Positions 23,074-33,992 of a stretch of 64,000 nucleotides of DNA are shown piece by piece. Location of the stretch: the NCBI GenBank assembly GCA_963790005.1, contig CAWBMY010000027.1:3213-67212 (forward strand), in the 5' to 3' direction. A program made the position numbers and the translations under genes. Within the stretch, counting starts at the first letter, position 1; every line of letters starts with the position of its first letter. The notes below the pieces were generated by a model, which had not been told where the DNA came from, searched no databases, and saw only the letters and a list, made by a program, of their open reading frames with translations. The DNA comes from an uncultured Methanoregulaceae archaeon. Lineage in GTDB: Archaea > Halobacteriota > Methanomicrobia > Methanomicrobiales > Methanospirillaceae.

Positions 23074-24003
23074 TCACGATTTGAGGAGGTCACGGACCGC
23101 CAGTCTCACGCTCTCCCGTGAACCCAGTTCGGGCTTCCAGCGCCTGCTTTTGATCCGTTCAATGGATAACTGCATCTTTGGCACATCGCCAACCCATCCC
23201 CGCTCACCACCGGTGAACCGGAATTTTACCTCAGGCAGGTGCATCTCTTCGGCCACGATCTCGGCGATGCTCTTTACATCGATCCAGTCCTCGGAGCCGA
23301 TATTGAAGATGTTGACCGTCTCCCTTGTGCGCAGGGCAAAGAGCATGGCGGCAACGCACTCATGTACTTCTAGATAGGACTTCACCTGTTTCCCGTCCCC
23401 GAGAATCTCAAGCTCGACCGGGTTCTCTTTGAGTTTCCGTATAAAATCCGTAATGACGCCGTGGCCGCTGCGATCGCCTACGATATTTGCAAACCGGTAG
23501 ATCCAGGCCTTCATGCCAAACGAATAGCAGTACCAGGAGATCAGCGCCTCGCAGGCAAGCTTGCTCGCCCCGTAGACGGAAATCGGCAGGAGCGGGGCAT
23601 AATCCTCCGGGGTAGGGATAACTTTTGCATCGCCATAGACCGTTGACGTGGACGTAAAGACCAGTTCCGGGATCTTATGCTGGCGCATCGCTTCGAGCAC
23701 CCGGTACGTGGCCATGATATTGTTCTGCATTGTCGGGTCGGGGCTGATGGCACTCTGACGGACATCCGGGTCCGCGGCAAGGTGGAAAAGCCGGTCCGCC
23801 CCTTCGAGGTGTTCCTGCCAGCCGTCTCCCAGCAGATCGGCCTGGAGAAACCTGACCTTACAACCATCAATATGCCGGGCGATCGTTTCGCGGCGCCCTG
23901 CACAGAGGGAGTCGATGACAAGCACTTCGTTGCCCTGCGCAACGAGCGTGTCAACCAGATGGGAGCCGATGAACCCGGCCCCGCCTGTCACCACATCAAA
24001 CAT
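23074..24003 (-). CDS. NAD-dependent epimerase/dehydratase (UDP-glucose 4-epimerase-like)
   Basis: TGGAGFIGSH, STSTVYG, YGASK. Confidence 0.92.
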   Translation of the reverse strand: MFDVVTGGAGFIGSHLVDTLVAQGNEVLVIDSLCAGRRETIARHIDGCKVRFLQADLLGDGWQEHLEGADRLFHLAADPDVRQSAISPDPTMQNNIMATYRVLEAMRQHKIPELVFTSTSTVYGDAKVIPTPEDYAPLLPISVYGASKLACEALISWYCYSFGMKAWIYRFANIVGDRSGHGVITDFIRKLKENPVELEILGDGKQVKSYLEVHECVAAMLFALRTRETVNIFNIGSEDWIDVKSIAEIVAEEMHLPEVKFRFTGGERGWVGDVPKMQLSIERIKSRRWKPELGSRESVRLAVRDLLKS

Positions 24004-24042
24004 CAATACCTATTATGTAACCCATGCTATAGGATTACTGCT

Positions 24043-24920
24043 ATGTTCATCGGGATTGACCACGGCACAACCGCCATGCGGTTTGCATCTGACACGGGCC
24101 GTTTCAAACTGACGCGCGAGGAAGCGACGGGATTTACTACAGCCGAACTTGGCCGGCTCTGCCCTCCCGATGAGATCGAGGGGATAGCCCTCTGTTATTC
24201 GATGGGTGACAATTTTTCAAAGATCACCGATATCAACAAGATAAAAAACCGCGGGGTTGTCAGCCGGGAGGGGGCAGGCAAGCACATCGGCGGGGGAACA
24301 AAGGTTTTTGACGAGATCAAAAAGAGCGGCATCCCCACCATCGTCATCCCCGGCCTGCACCGGGGTTCACCGACCGATCCCCGGTTCAAGGCCTACTCCC
24401 ACCAGTCCAGCCCCGAGAAGATCGGGATCGCCTACGCAGTCTGCCACGATCTGGGGACGATGTCGTGGTCTCGGACGCAAGTTCCAACACGGTCACGCTC
24501 CTTGTCACAGGAGGAAAACTAGTCGGGGCCTTTGATGCCTGCATCTTTGCACCGGGCACCCGGCACGGTGCCCTCGATGTCGATGCCATCCGTAAGATTG
24601 ACGCGGGCGAGTGCAGCGCAAACGAGGCTTTCCAGCGGGCCGGGGTGGATTACACCATGCCCGACGACAATAACCTCAGCATGAGAACCGTCGCCATGTT
24701 TGCGGCCATGGAGTGCGCCGCGCTCCTGCTCTTAAATTCCCGCGCGCGGGTTGCACTTGCCGGCTCGCTTGCGCCCCTTATCGCACCTGATGTGGAATCG
24801 CTTCTGGGGCAGGATGTGGCTGTATATGATGAATGGTGCGCATCCCAGGGGCTGTCTGCAATTGCCCGCGACGTTTTTTCAGGTGCCAGAGATATCCTCG
24901 GCATCGATGTAGATCTCTAG
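24043..24920 (+). CDS. Methanogenesis marker protein 12, frameshifted
   Basis: MFIGIDHGTTAMRF, YSMGD, GAGKHIGGGTKVFD, SHQSSPEK, SDASSNTVT. Confidence 0.85.
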
Positions 24921-24964
24921 ATTTATATCGATTTATCATGTAAGATTACTGGGGGATTTTTCCT

Positions 24965-25510
24965 TTGAGAGAATTGCGCATCCACGGCAGGGGCGGCCAG
25001 GGATCGGTCACCGCTGCGGAACTGATTGCTATTGCTGCATTTGAAGGCGGCGTTTTTTCACAGGCGTTTCCGGGATTTGGTGTCGAGAGGCGCGGCGCTC
25101 CGGTCCAGGCATTCGTACGGTTTGACGACCGGAAGGTCAGGCTCCGCAGCCAGGTCTACGAGCCGGACTATATCATCGTGCAGGACAGCACGCTCATCAA
25201 GGACGTGAATGTTTTTTCCGGTGTAAAGAAGGGCGGGATCGTCATCGTCAATACCGAGAAGGCACCGGACTACAAGGTGCCCGATGGCGTGAAACTGATC
25301 ACGATCGATGCGACCTCCATTGCGCTTAAGGTAATCGGCCTTCCCATCACCAATACCTCACTGATGGGAGCCTTTGCCGCGGCGACCGGCGAGATAAAGT
25401 TTGATGCGCTCAAGAATGCGCTTTACCACCGGTTCCCAAAAGAACTGGCAGAGAAGAATATCGAAGCAGCCCGCCAGGCATTCGAGCATGTGAAGGGGAG
25501 GGAGGCATAA
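24965..25510 (+). CDS. porC: Pyruvate:ferredoxin oxidoreductase gamma subunit
   Basis: IHGRGGQGSVT, FGVERRGAPV. Confidence 0.93.
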   Translation: MRELRIHGRGGQGSVTAAELIAIAAFEGGVFSQAFPGFGVERRGAPVQAFVRFDDRKVRLRSQVYEPDYIIVQDSTLIKDVNVFSGVKKGGIVIVNTEKAPDYKVPDGVKLITIDATSIALKVIGLPITNTSLMGAFAAATGEIKFDALKNALYHRFPKELAEKNIEAARQAFEHVKGREA

Positions 25511-25770
25511 TGGCGCTTGCTATTGGGTGTCGTGCCCGCCCGGGAAAGGGACGGGACAACAAAACCGGTTCGTGGCGGGTCTTCAAGCCGCTCTTCGATC
25601 ACGAAAAGTGCTCCAAGTGCGGGACATGCCAGGTCATCTGTCCCGAAGGATGTATCACTGAGGACAAGGAGGGATTCTTCGATCCTGATTATGCATACTG
25701 CAAGGGATGCGGGCTGTGTGCAGAAGAGTGTCCCAAGGATGCGATCGCAATGAAACAGGAGGAGAAGTAG
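25510..25770 (+). CDS. porD: Pyruvate:ferredoxin oxidoreductase delta subunit
   Basis: KTGSWRVFKP; two 4Fe-4S motifs. Confidence 0.93.
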   Translation: MALAIGCRARPGKGRDNKTGSWRVFKPLFDHEKCSKCGTCQVICPEGCITEDKEGFFDPDYAYCKGCGLCAEECPKDAIAMKQEEK

Positions 25771-26927
25771 ATGCTTGAAATTACCGAAGGCTCGATGGCT
25801 GTCGCCGAGGCGGTCCGGCTCTGCCGTCCGCAGGTCGTTGCCGCGTACCCGATAACGCCCCAGACACACATCGTCGAGGCGCTCGCCGAGATGGTGGCAA
25901 ACGGGAAACTCGACGCGGACTACATCACGGTTGAAAGCGAATTCTCCGCGCTCTCCGCCTGCCTCGGGGCAAGCGCAGCAGGATCCCGTGACGTATTCCG
26001 CAACCACATCACAGGGACTTGCCCTGATGTTCGAGGTCTGTTTCAACGTTGCCGGTATGCGCCTGCCCATTATCATGACGATCGCCAACCGTGCGCTCGG
26101 GGCACCGCTCTCTATCTGGAACGACCAGCAGGACTCGATCTCCCTGCGTGACTCCGGCTGGCTCCAGTTCTATGCAGAGGACAACCAGGAGGCGACCGAT
26201 CTCCACTATATCGCCTACCGGGTGGCAGAAAATCCCGCAGTCCAGCTTCCCGGCGTTTGTCTGCTTTGACGGGTTCATCCTCTCGCACACGTATGAGCCG
26301 GTGGATATGCTCACTCAGGCCGATGTCGACAGGTACCTGCCGAAGTTTGCGCCAACAGAGCGGCTCGATGCAGCCGACCCGGTCAGTTTCGGGATGTATG
26401 CAACTCCCGAATATTACCTCGAATTCCGGTACGAGACCGATAAAGCGCTTAAAGAAGCAAAAACTGCAATCCATGCCGCCGGAAAAGAGTTCGGAAAGAT
26501 GTTCGGCCGGGACTACAGCGCGATGGTCGAAGGTTACCAGCTTGACGATGCGGAGACGGTCATCGTTGCGATGGGTTCCATCTGCGGCACGGTCAAGGAT
26601 ACCATTGACGACCTGCGGAAAGAAGGAAAGAAAGTGGGCTTACTCAAGATCCGTGTCTTCCGCCCGTTCCCGTCAGAAGATGTGGCAAAGGCACTCAAAG
26701 GCGCAAAGCATGTTGCGGTGCTCGACAAGAATATCTCGCTTGGTGCGAAAGGTGCCGTGGCGCTTGAAGTAAAGGATGCCCTTTACGGATCCTCTGTCCC
26801 TGTCTACGATTATATCATCGGCCTTGGGGGAAGGGACGTGCGGAAGAAGGATATCCGGGAAGTTGTCGCACTTGCCGAAAAAGGCAAAGGCGATCAGTTC
26901 ATCGGCCTGCGCAAGGAGGTGCTCTAA
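25771..26927 (+). CDS. porA: Pyruvate:ferredoxin oxidoreductase alpha subunit, frameshifted
   Basis: [31 protein letters not shown]. Confidence 0.93.
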
Positions 26928-26929
26928 CC

Positions 26930-27826
26930 ATGGCAGACAAAACCTGCGAGCTCTTCGACTGCGGGCACCGTGCCTGCGGCGGATGCGGGGCAGCACTCGC
27001 GGCCCGGCTCATGCTCAAGGCAGCGGGTACGAATTGTATTGTGGTCTCATCGACGGGCTGCATGGAAGTCTTCTCCACTCCCTATCCCGAGACCGCATGG
27101 AAAGTCCCGTGGATCCACTCGCTCTTTGAGAATGCATCGGCAGTCGCTTCCGGTATCGAGTCCTCGCTCAAGAAGCAGGGCAGGAAAGAGAAGGTTATTG
27201 TGATTGCCGGGGATGGTGCGACGTTCGATATCGGTATGCTCTGCATCAGCGGCGCGTTCGAACGCGGCCACGATATCACCTACATCTGCTACGATAACGA
27301 GGCCTACATGAACACCGGCATCCAGCGGTCCGGTGCGACCCCGTACGATGCGAGCACGACCACAAGCCCGGCCGGTTCGCAGTCGTTCGGGAACAAGCAC
27401 CCGAAAAAGGACTTGCCCCGGATCCTTGCGGCTCACGGCGCCCCGTATGTCGCGACCGCGTCCATTGTGTACCCGAACGACCTGGTCCAGAAGGTGGAAA
27501 AGGCGATCAACACGGTCGGGCCGACCTACGTGCAGATCCATGCACCCTGCTGCACCGGCTGGGGTTTCGAGAGCGACCAGACGATGGCCATTGCAAAACT
27601 GGCGATCGAGACCGGCCTCTGGGTGAACTACGAGATGGTGGAAGGCGAGGTCACGAAGGCGAAGAAGGTTGTCAGGAAGCCGGTCGAGGAATACTTAAAG
27701 ACCCAGAAACGGTTCCGGCACCTTTTCAAGCCAAAGAGACAGGACGCCGAGATTGCGGCGATCCAGGCGATTGCTGATAAGAATGCTGCAAAATACGGCA
27801 TTGATATTAAACTTAAGAAGGAATAA
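26930..27826 (+). CDS. porB: Pyruvate:ferredoxin oxidoreductase beta subunit
   Basis: [32 protein letters not shown]. Confidence 0.95.
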   Translation: MADKTCELFDCGHRACGGCGAALAARLMLKAAGTNCIVVSSTGCMEVFSTPYPETAWKVPWIHSLFENASAVASGIESSLKKQGRKEKVIVIAGDGATFDIGMLCISGAFERGHDITYICYDNEAYMNTGIQRSGATPYDASTTTSPAGSQSFGNKHPKKDLPRILAAHGAPYVATASIVYPNDLVQKVEKAINTVGPTYVQIHAPCCTGWGFESDQTMAIAKLAIETGLWVNYEMVEGEVTKAKKVVRKPVEEYLKTQKRFRHLFKPKRQDAEIAAIQAIADKNAAKYGIDIKLKKE

Positions 27827-27875
27827 TTTCACTTTTTTACTCTAGGTAAAACGCACAAAATTCGATTGGATTCCG

Positions 27876-28478
27876 TCATTCTTTTGTTTGCATTACTTTA
27901 TTCCTTATCTCAATGTTAATTCTGGTTATTTCTTTAATATCTCTGGCAATTTTGTTGTTGGGTTCGATATCTATAATTAAATTACATAATCTTATTATAT
28001 CCTCATAATTTCCACATATATTCGAAATCCAACACAAGTTTAACAAACTCTCAATTTTCTTGGGATGCAATGAAAGAATCTCAGAAAATATCATTTTTGC
28101 TTTTGAGATTTTCCCAATCTTGCCTAAAGCAACACCCAGATTGTTCCACGCGTTTGCATCTTTTGAAAAAACCTTTAACCCGTTATCAAGGGCACTAATT
28201 GCTTCATCGTAATATCCCAAGTATCCATAGATAAAACTCTTATCAAAGAGCGTTTTTGCTTGGTCTTGTTTGGGGTTTGTTAATCCATAATTGGTCGAAT
28301 CAGATCTGAGTAAACAACAATATTCCCATTCGATAATTTCCTCTTTCTGTGAAGGATCGTTTCGAACAGTTTTGTTGGTTTCAAAACGGTTTGCACACAA
28401 TATGGGTATCCTATAGTCTTGCAGTATCCGGGGATTCACGATTGGGGGTTGATTGGTTTTTCTCTGTGTATAATTCAT
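27876..28478 (-). CDS. TPR-repeat protein
   Basis: AWNNLGVALGKIG-type TPR repeats; low GC. Confidence 0.75.
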   Translation of the reverse strand: MNYTQRKTNQPPIVNPRILQDYRIPILCANRFETNKTVRNDPSQKEEIIEWEYCCLLRSDSTNYGLTNPKQDQAKTLFDKSFIYGYLGYYDEAISALDNGLKVFSKDANAWNNLGVALGKIGKISKAKMIFSEILSLHPKKIESLLNLCWISNICGNYEDIIRLCNLIIDIEPNNKIARDIKEITRINIEIRNKVMQTKE

Positions 28479-29330
28479 TTATTACCCCAAGTTGCCTTTT
28501 CAAATAATCTCTCTTTTCCAAAAGCTAAATCACGATATTTTTTGGCCTCATAATTTTCAGGGTTAAATTTTATTGCATTTCCTAAAGCATCAATTCCCTC
28601 ATCAAAATCTAATAGTAATATTTGACATTTCCCGCGCAAATACCAAGCCTCTGAATTTTGAGGAGCAAAAGATAGCACATTTTTAAAAGATATATTCGCA
28701 CTTTCGAAATCTCCGACTGCATAAAAGTCTTTGCCTTTATTAGTACGATGAGCGAGAATCGAGAATCTGAATTGCATGTTGTTTATTTTCATGAACCGTT
28801 TCATTATCAGATTCGATTGCTAATGCTTTATCGAATGATTCCAAGGCCATTGGAATTCTATCAAGTTTGAGTAAAGGAGTCCTCTATTATTCCAGATGTC
28901 GGCATTATTTGGATTAATGGATAGCGCCTTGTCATATGATGTAATGGCATCACAGTCTCGACTAAGTTCAGTTAAGATTTCTCCTCTCAATATCCAAACC
29001 TTAGGCAAAATTTGGATTGATTGCAATTGATTTATCCAAAGATTCAAGCGCTTCGCAATTCTTTTTTAGTTGAATCAACGCCATTCCACGACATACCCAT
29101 GCATTTGATGCATTTGGATTAATGGCAATTGCTTTGTCAATTGAGGCAAGTGCATTAGCATTCTGACCGAGACATATTTGACATCAGCTCCGCGATTTAC
29201 CCAAGCATCTGAATAATTTGGCTTGATACAAACTGCCCTATCAAAAGAGGTTATTGCTTCAGAATATTTCTTTGACTTTGCAATTCCAAGCCTTCATTGA
29301 AATATTGCTCTGCTTGGTCATCCATAATTT
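28475..29330 (-). CDS. TPR-repeat protein split into fragments (indels or decay)
   Basis: AITSYDKALSINPNNADIWNNRG and AWYLRGKC repeats in several frames. Confidence 0.6.
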
Positions 29331-29813
29331 ACAATCTAGGATCTAAATAATTACTATTATACACAGTTATCATTCGCTCTATAATTTTGTGAAAGCATCA
29401 GGCAGGGGGGACAAGCCGATAATTTTATGGTAAAATAAACAGAACAACCCTCTCATGCGAAGAAGACGGGTAATAATATATGAAGAAGATTACGTAAGAA
29501 GAAGATCATGTGGATCGAAATCTCCATCAAGTAATTCGGAACCCAAAAAAGGATCTCCGGCTTATTATAAAAAATATCCTTGGAAGATCCCTTTCGATGT
29601 TGATGTAAGTTAATCCCCAAATTAACCTTAAAACACTTTAATGAGAGACCTATTGGTTAATTTAATGATTGTAATTACTTGCGTGTGCGGTTTTGAAATT
29701 TTTCAATTAATTTCGGAGGGTTAGAACCCCTTAAATTTAGGCAAAGCGGTAATGTTTTTATAAACACATACAGACGGTTTTAATACATTCCAGTCTGACA
29801 TTAGTAGGTTATC

Positions 29814-29885
29814 GGGCTCGTGGTCTAGCGGTATGACGTCGCCCTTACACGGCGAAGGTCACCGGTTCGAATCCGGTCGGGCCCA
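29814..29885 (+). tRNA. tRNA-Val(TAC)
   Basis: GGGCTCG/CGGGCCC acceptor stem, TCGCC-CTTACAC-GGCGA anticodon arm, ACCGG-TTCGAAT-CCGGT T-arm. Confidence 0.97.
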
Positions 29886-29971
29886 TCTCCTTTTCTTTTT
29901 GTCCGTTTGCGCGGCAGCCCCCATCATCATGATTTCCCGGAACCCGCATGATCCGGAACCGGCCCGAGCGG

Positions 29972-30160
29972 ACATTTTCAAAAATGTTTGTGAAGGCTGG
30001 TGACCGCTTTTAGAAAAAGTCCGGTCACGCTGCTGCAAATTTCCAAAAACTGGTGATTCGCGTTATCGAAATTTCAAAAAATAAGTTCGCGGAGGTTGCC
30101 GGACTTTTGTTGAGAAAATCCGGTCATGATCCGGGGATTACGGGAAAAATCCTGCCCTTA
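29972..30160. repeat. Degenerate tandem repeats of about 32 bp (left block)
   Basis: TTT..AAAAA motif recurs in units starting near 29972, 30004, 30036, 30068, 30100. Confidence 0.5.
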
Positions 30161-30260
30161 CCGGGGGTGCTGGTCCGGCTGACCCCCAAATCATCCAGAT
30201 CAGGGCTACACTCATCCGGGCCCAAATTGAGCCCGGATTGACCCTGGGCAGATCCAAACG

Positions 30261-30535
30261 GAACCCATTTCGGGCTCCGTTTAAAAATAAGCCCAAATAG
30301 GCGTTATTTTTGAAATCGGACGAAATAAAACGTTCACATAGACGCGTTTTACGGCCCGATCACGGGGGCAGATGGGTGTTTGCATGATCCCGGAAAAGAG
30401 GCTGCCGGAAGCGCGTCTGTGGGCCGATTATGGGCATTATATGGGGCTCAATTTTGGCGTATTTTTTGAAATAAATGGTTTTATGAGCCCCTTTTTGTTT
30501 CCAGTGGAATCGGACGATTTTACGGGCGTATTTTG
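30261..30535. repeat. Dispersed non-coding repeat, copy 1
   Basis: Collinear blocks shared with 57754-58047 (CGTTTAAAA(A)TAAGCCCAAATA, TATTTTTGAAA.CGGAC, TGGGCATTATAT.G.GCTCA, AATCG.ACG.TTTTACGG.CG). Confidence 0.8.
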
Positions 30536-30752
30536 TAAGAGACCTGATAACATCTTATTGCGATTCCTCCCCCTCCCAGCTCCGTAGGGAATCGCTCGGC
30601 CTTTTTGCCGGGACCTCGCTGGGCGAGTTACGGTTTTCTCCATCGTGCCCCACCGTGCCCCGCGAGGGGCCCTGAGGTGGGGAAGCATCGCACGCGGGGG
30701 TAATGGGGGCGGTAACCCCCATCGCACCATCTGAATCACCCGACCCTTGCCA

Positions 30753-30944
30753 AAGATTTCTGTAAAAATTCGGGTCACGTGCTGAGGATTCCGGAAAATG
30801 TACAGATCAGCTGCGAAGGATTTTCAAAAATGAACGGATCGGTTGCTGATGATTCCGGAAAATGTACGGATCAGCTGCTGAAGATTTTTAAAAATGATCG
30901 GATCGCAAGTTGATGATTCCGGAAAAAAACCGGGCGGGTTACTG
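30753..30944. repeat. Six 32-bp imperfect tandem repeats with a 64-bp higher-order period
   Basis: Units at 30753, 30785, 30817, 30849, 30881, 30913; e.g. AGGATTCCGGAAAATGTACAGATCAGCTGCGA and ATGATTCCGGAAAATGTACGGATCAGCTGCTG. Confidence 0.85.
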
Positions 30945-30964
30945 AGAATGAATGAAAAAAAGTT

Positions 30965-31565
30965 TCAGGATGTTGCCGTTGCAGTGCTTCCGGCACTCGC
31001 CTTCTTGATGGAATCAATCCTGATATCAAACGTAAGGTTCTGGCCGGCAAGCGGGGAATTTGAATCTACAAATACCCCGGCACTGGTGCTGTTGACAACG
31101 ACGACCGGGATCTCGTTGCCACTCACAGAACTCACGAAATAGAATTTTTCACCGGGAGTATATGGTCGTGTTTGCCGGGAACTTGCTTGTGGGGATCAGC
31201 TCGACAAGGCTCGGATCATAGGCACCGTAGGCCTTGTCGTAGGGAATCGTCACGGTCTTTTCCTCATTTACTTTCATTCCCCGTACCGCAGTATCAAAGC
31301 CGGAGATCATCTGGCCTGCCCCAACGGTAAAGGTCAGCGGCGTCCCGTTTACGTTCGTATCAAAAACGGTCTTGTTATCAAACATTCCGGTGTAGGTAAC
31401 ATTCACGGTATCCCCTACAGCGGCAACAACAGGATTTGAGAGAACAATATAGAGAATTGCGCAGATGACAACAACCGCTGCCACCGCCGCAACTCCCATC
31501 CACAGGTACTGCCGCTTGCGTGCAGCCACTTTCTCCTTGCCTTTGAGTTTCTCTGATTTCTTCAT
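30965..31565 (-). CDS. Membrane-anchored FKBP-type peptidyl-prolyl isomerase (SlyD-like), frameshifted
   Basis: GDTVNVTYTG, FTVGAGQMISGFD, AYG, then DSNSPLAGQNLTFDI. Confidence 0.88.
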
Positions 31566-31678
31566 GATTTTCGTATCAAGGTTTTGCCGGTAAACAATAT
31601 ACCTTTGCCTCTCTGATAGGTAATCAAAAGAGCGGGCCAGAACGCATAAGCTTCATCCGGTCCCGCTGGTGGCTCACC

Positions 31679-32789
31679 GTGGAACAAAAGGATCCAAAAA
31701 CGATCGCAGGCGCTCTTCATGCCCTGCACAAAACACTGGGGGCGGAGATCGCAGAGGAGCGTAAGCGCCAGCGGGGCCTGTATGCATCGGGCACACCGGG
31801 CCGGCTCACGATCGTTATCCTCGGTGCAGCAATCCTCGTAAATATCCTCTTCTTCCTCGAAAACCCCGTCTACCCGCTCCTCTTCATATGCGCCAGTTTT
31901 TTTTTGTTCATGTTCTATTTTGTCACCCTGCTCATCCCCCATAACCTGCAGCGTTCCTCCTTTCCCGAGGCCGATATCTCCCGGTATCTCACCGTATTTC
32001 AGGAAACCGGCATCATACGGGGAACAAAGAAGTTCACCCGCGTATTTCTCAATGCATTTTTCATCAACTGCCGTCCGCTCTTCTACGGGTTTACCCTGAT
32101 CTTTACCATCGACATTGTTCTTGTCATTGCACTGCACCTCAACGGGAGGCTTTCAGCACCCCATGCCGGGATCATTCTCTTCCAGTCTGCCGCCATCATC
32201 CTCTTCTATTTCCTTGTCTGGAAACTGGAGCCCTATTCGACGGATTTTTTCACCGATGTCTCCGGCATGAGGGCGCACCTGATCAAAAGAAACATTCCTG
32301 AACCGGTGGTCTCCTTTCTGTTTCTTCTGGGAGCCGCAGTTGCGCTCATCTGTATTTTCTCGACCATTATCCTGCTCCCGGGCGTCACGGTCAACAACGT
32401 CCTCTCGGTCTCGGATTTCTGATAAACTCGGCAATTTGTTCATCGCAATTGGCGTGGTGCTGGTAACCCTGTATTTCATTTTCCGCTATCTCCACGGCAT
32501 TACAAGCCGCGATCTGCTCGCCCGGTTCTCACAGAACAAGACCGAGTGCCTCCTTCACCAGATGGAGATCATCGGTGAAGCCGGCCCGTCACCGGCCCTG
32601 TCGGGCTCCCCGGATTCAGCCACGACCGATACTCTCTGCGAAGCAACCGAGCTCCTGCTCGAATCACGGCTGTACCAGGTCGAGAAAAAGACCATCTTCG
32701 GAGTGTTTCCGGTCTATATCGTAAATCTCGATTTTTCCCAGGTATTTCCCCGCAGGTTCCCACAGGATAAAGACACACACAACCGGTAA
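31679..32789 (+). CDS. Conserved hypothetical multi-TM membrane protein, frameshifted near 32420
   Basis: ORFs 31679..32422 and 32340..32789 join into one hydrophobic protein. Confidence 0.65.
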
Positions 32790-32902
32790 TTCCCTCTCGG
32801 GCGTCTGTCGGGAGTTCACCTTGACCGGGCCGGCCAGACCAGGGAAACTACCCCGATTGAACTTTATTTATACCTGAAGAACGCATTTAAAAAGTAGAGC
32901 CT

Positions 32903-33796
32903 ATGTCCGACGAAATAAAGATCGCAGAGGTGGCAGGGAAAAAAGTCCAGTGGGACCCTGAACAGATGCGAAAAATTCAGGAGCATCCCTGTTTTTCCGA
33001 GAAGGCATGCCATGCCTTCGGGCGCTGTCATATCCCCGTGGCGCCGAAGTGCAATATCCAGTGTAACTACTGTATCCGGGATTTTGACTGCGTCAACGAG
33101 AGCAGGCCCGGGGTGACCACCCGGATTCTTAATCCCGACCAGGCCATGGACATGGTAAAAAAAGTCGTCGAGAAATATGATTATATCAAGGTTGTCGGCA
33201 TTGCAGGGCCCGGCGATCCGCTGGCAAACGAAGAGACTTTCGAGACGCTCCGCAGGCTTCACGAGGAGTACCCCGGGGTCATCAAGTGCATCAGTACAAA
33301 CGGCCTCCTCCTGCCGGACAAGATCGACCTGCTCCAGAAGTATGACGTCGGCAATATCACGGTCACACTCAACGCGATCGACCCGGCAATCGGGGCGAAG
33401 ATCTACCAGTTTGTCGATTACAAGGGCAAACGGTACACGGGGATCGAGGCAGCAAAACTGCTCCTCTCGCAGCAGTTAAAGGGCATCGAGATGGCTGTGG
33501 AACGGCACATGATCGTCAAGGTAAATACCGTCTATATCCCGGGCATCAACGAGGATCATATCGTGGATATCGCAAAGAAAGTCGGCGAGATGGGAGTCTA
33601 TACGTTCAACCTCATCCCGCTGATCGCCCAGTACAAGTTCGCCGACATCACCCCCCCGACACCCGAGATGAAACGGAAAATGCAGGACGCCTGTTCGAAA
33701 TACGTCAAACAGATGCGGCACTGCCAGCGCTGCCGCGCTGATGCCATCGGGAAACTCGGGCACGATGTGCAGTCGTGCATGTATAAACACGAATAA
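32903..33796 (+). CDS. nifB: Radical SAM NifB-family protein (single domain)
   Basis: HPC, PKCNIQCNYC, ESRPG, AGPGDPL, STNG, CQRCRADAIG. Confidence 0.9.
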   Translation: MSDEIKIAEVAGKKVQWDPEQMRKIQEHPCFSEKACHAFGRCHIPVAPKCNIQCNYCIRDFDCVNESRPGVTTRILNPDQAMDMVKKVVEKYDYIKVVGIAGPGDPLANEETFETLRRLHEEYPGVIKCISTNGLLLPDKIDLLQKYDVGNITVTLNAIDPAIGAKIYQFVDYKGKRYTGIEAAKLLLSQQLKGIEMAVERHMIVKVNTVYIPGINEDHIVDIAKKVGEMGVYTFNLIPLIAQYKFADITPPTPEMKRKMQDACSKYVKQMRHCQRCRADAIGKLGHDVQSCMYKHE

Positions 33797-33992
33797 TCTT
33801 TTTTTTATTAATGTAGCACACGGTCTGCACGGACACCGTCACTCGTAAAATTTTCGCGCAGGGATATCCCGCTCATTGCCCAATCTACGGATGTAATAAG
33901 GATACTTGATACAATAAAAGAGTACTCTCTGTTCTTTCAGAATTGCACGTGGTCTTTTCATTTCCGGATACAGATCACGAGACGCCAGACTA

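Noticed and set aside
29814-29885. tRNA-Val as an integration site
   Set aside because: I found no duplicated tRNA 3' end and no integrase near it.
30753-30944. CRISPR array
   Set aside because: Repeats are contiguous and degenerate with no unique spacers, and there are no cas genes in the window.
32903-33796. Nitrogen fixation cluster
   Set aside because: Stand-alone NifB-family gene with no nifHDK nearby; such genes are common in methanogens.
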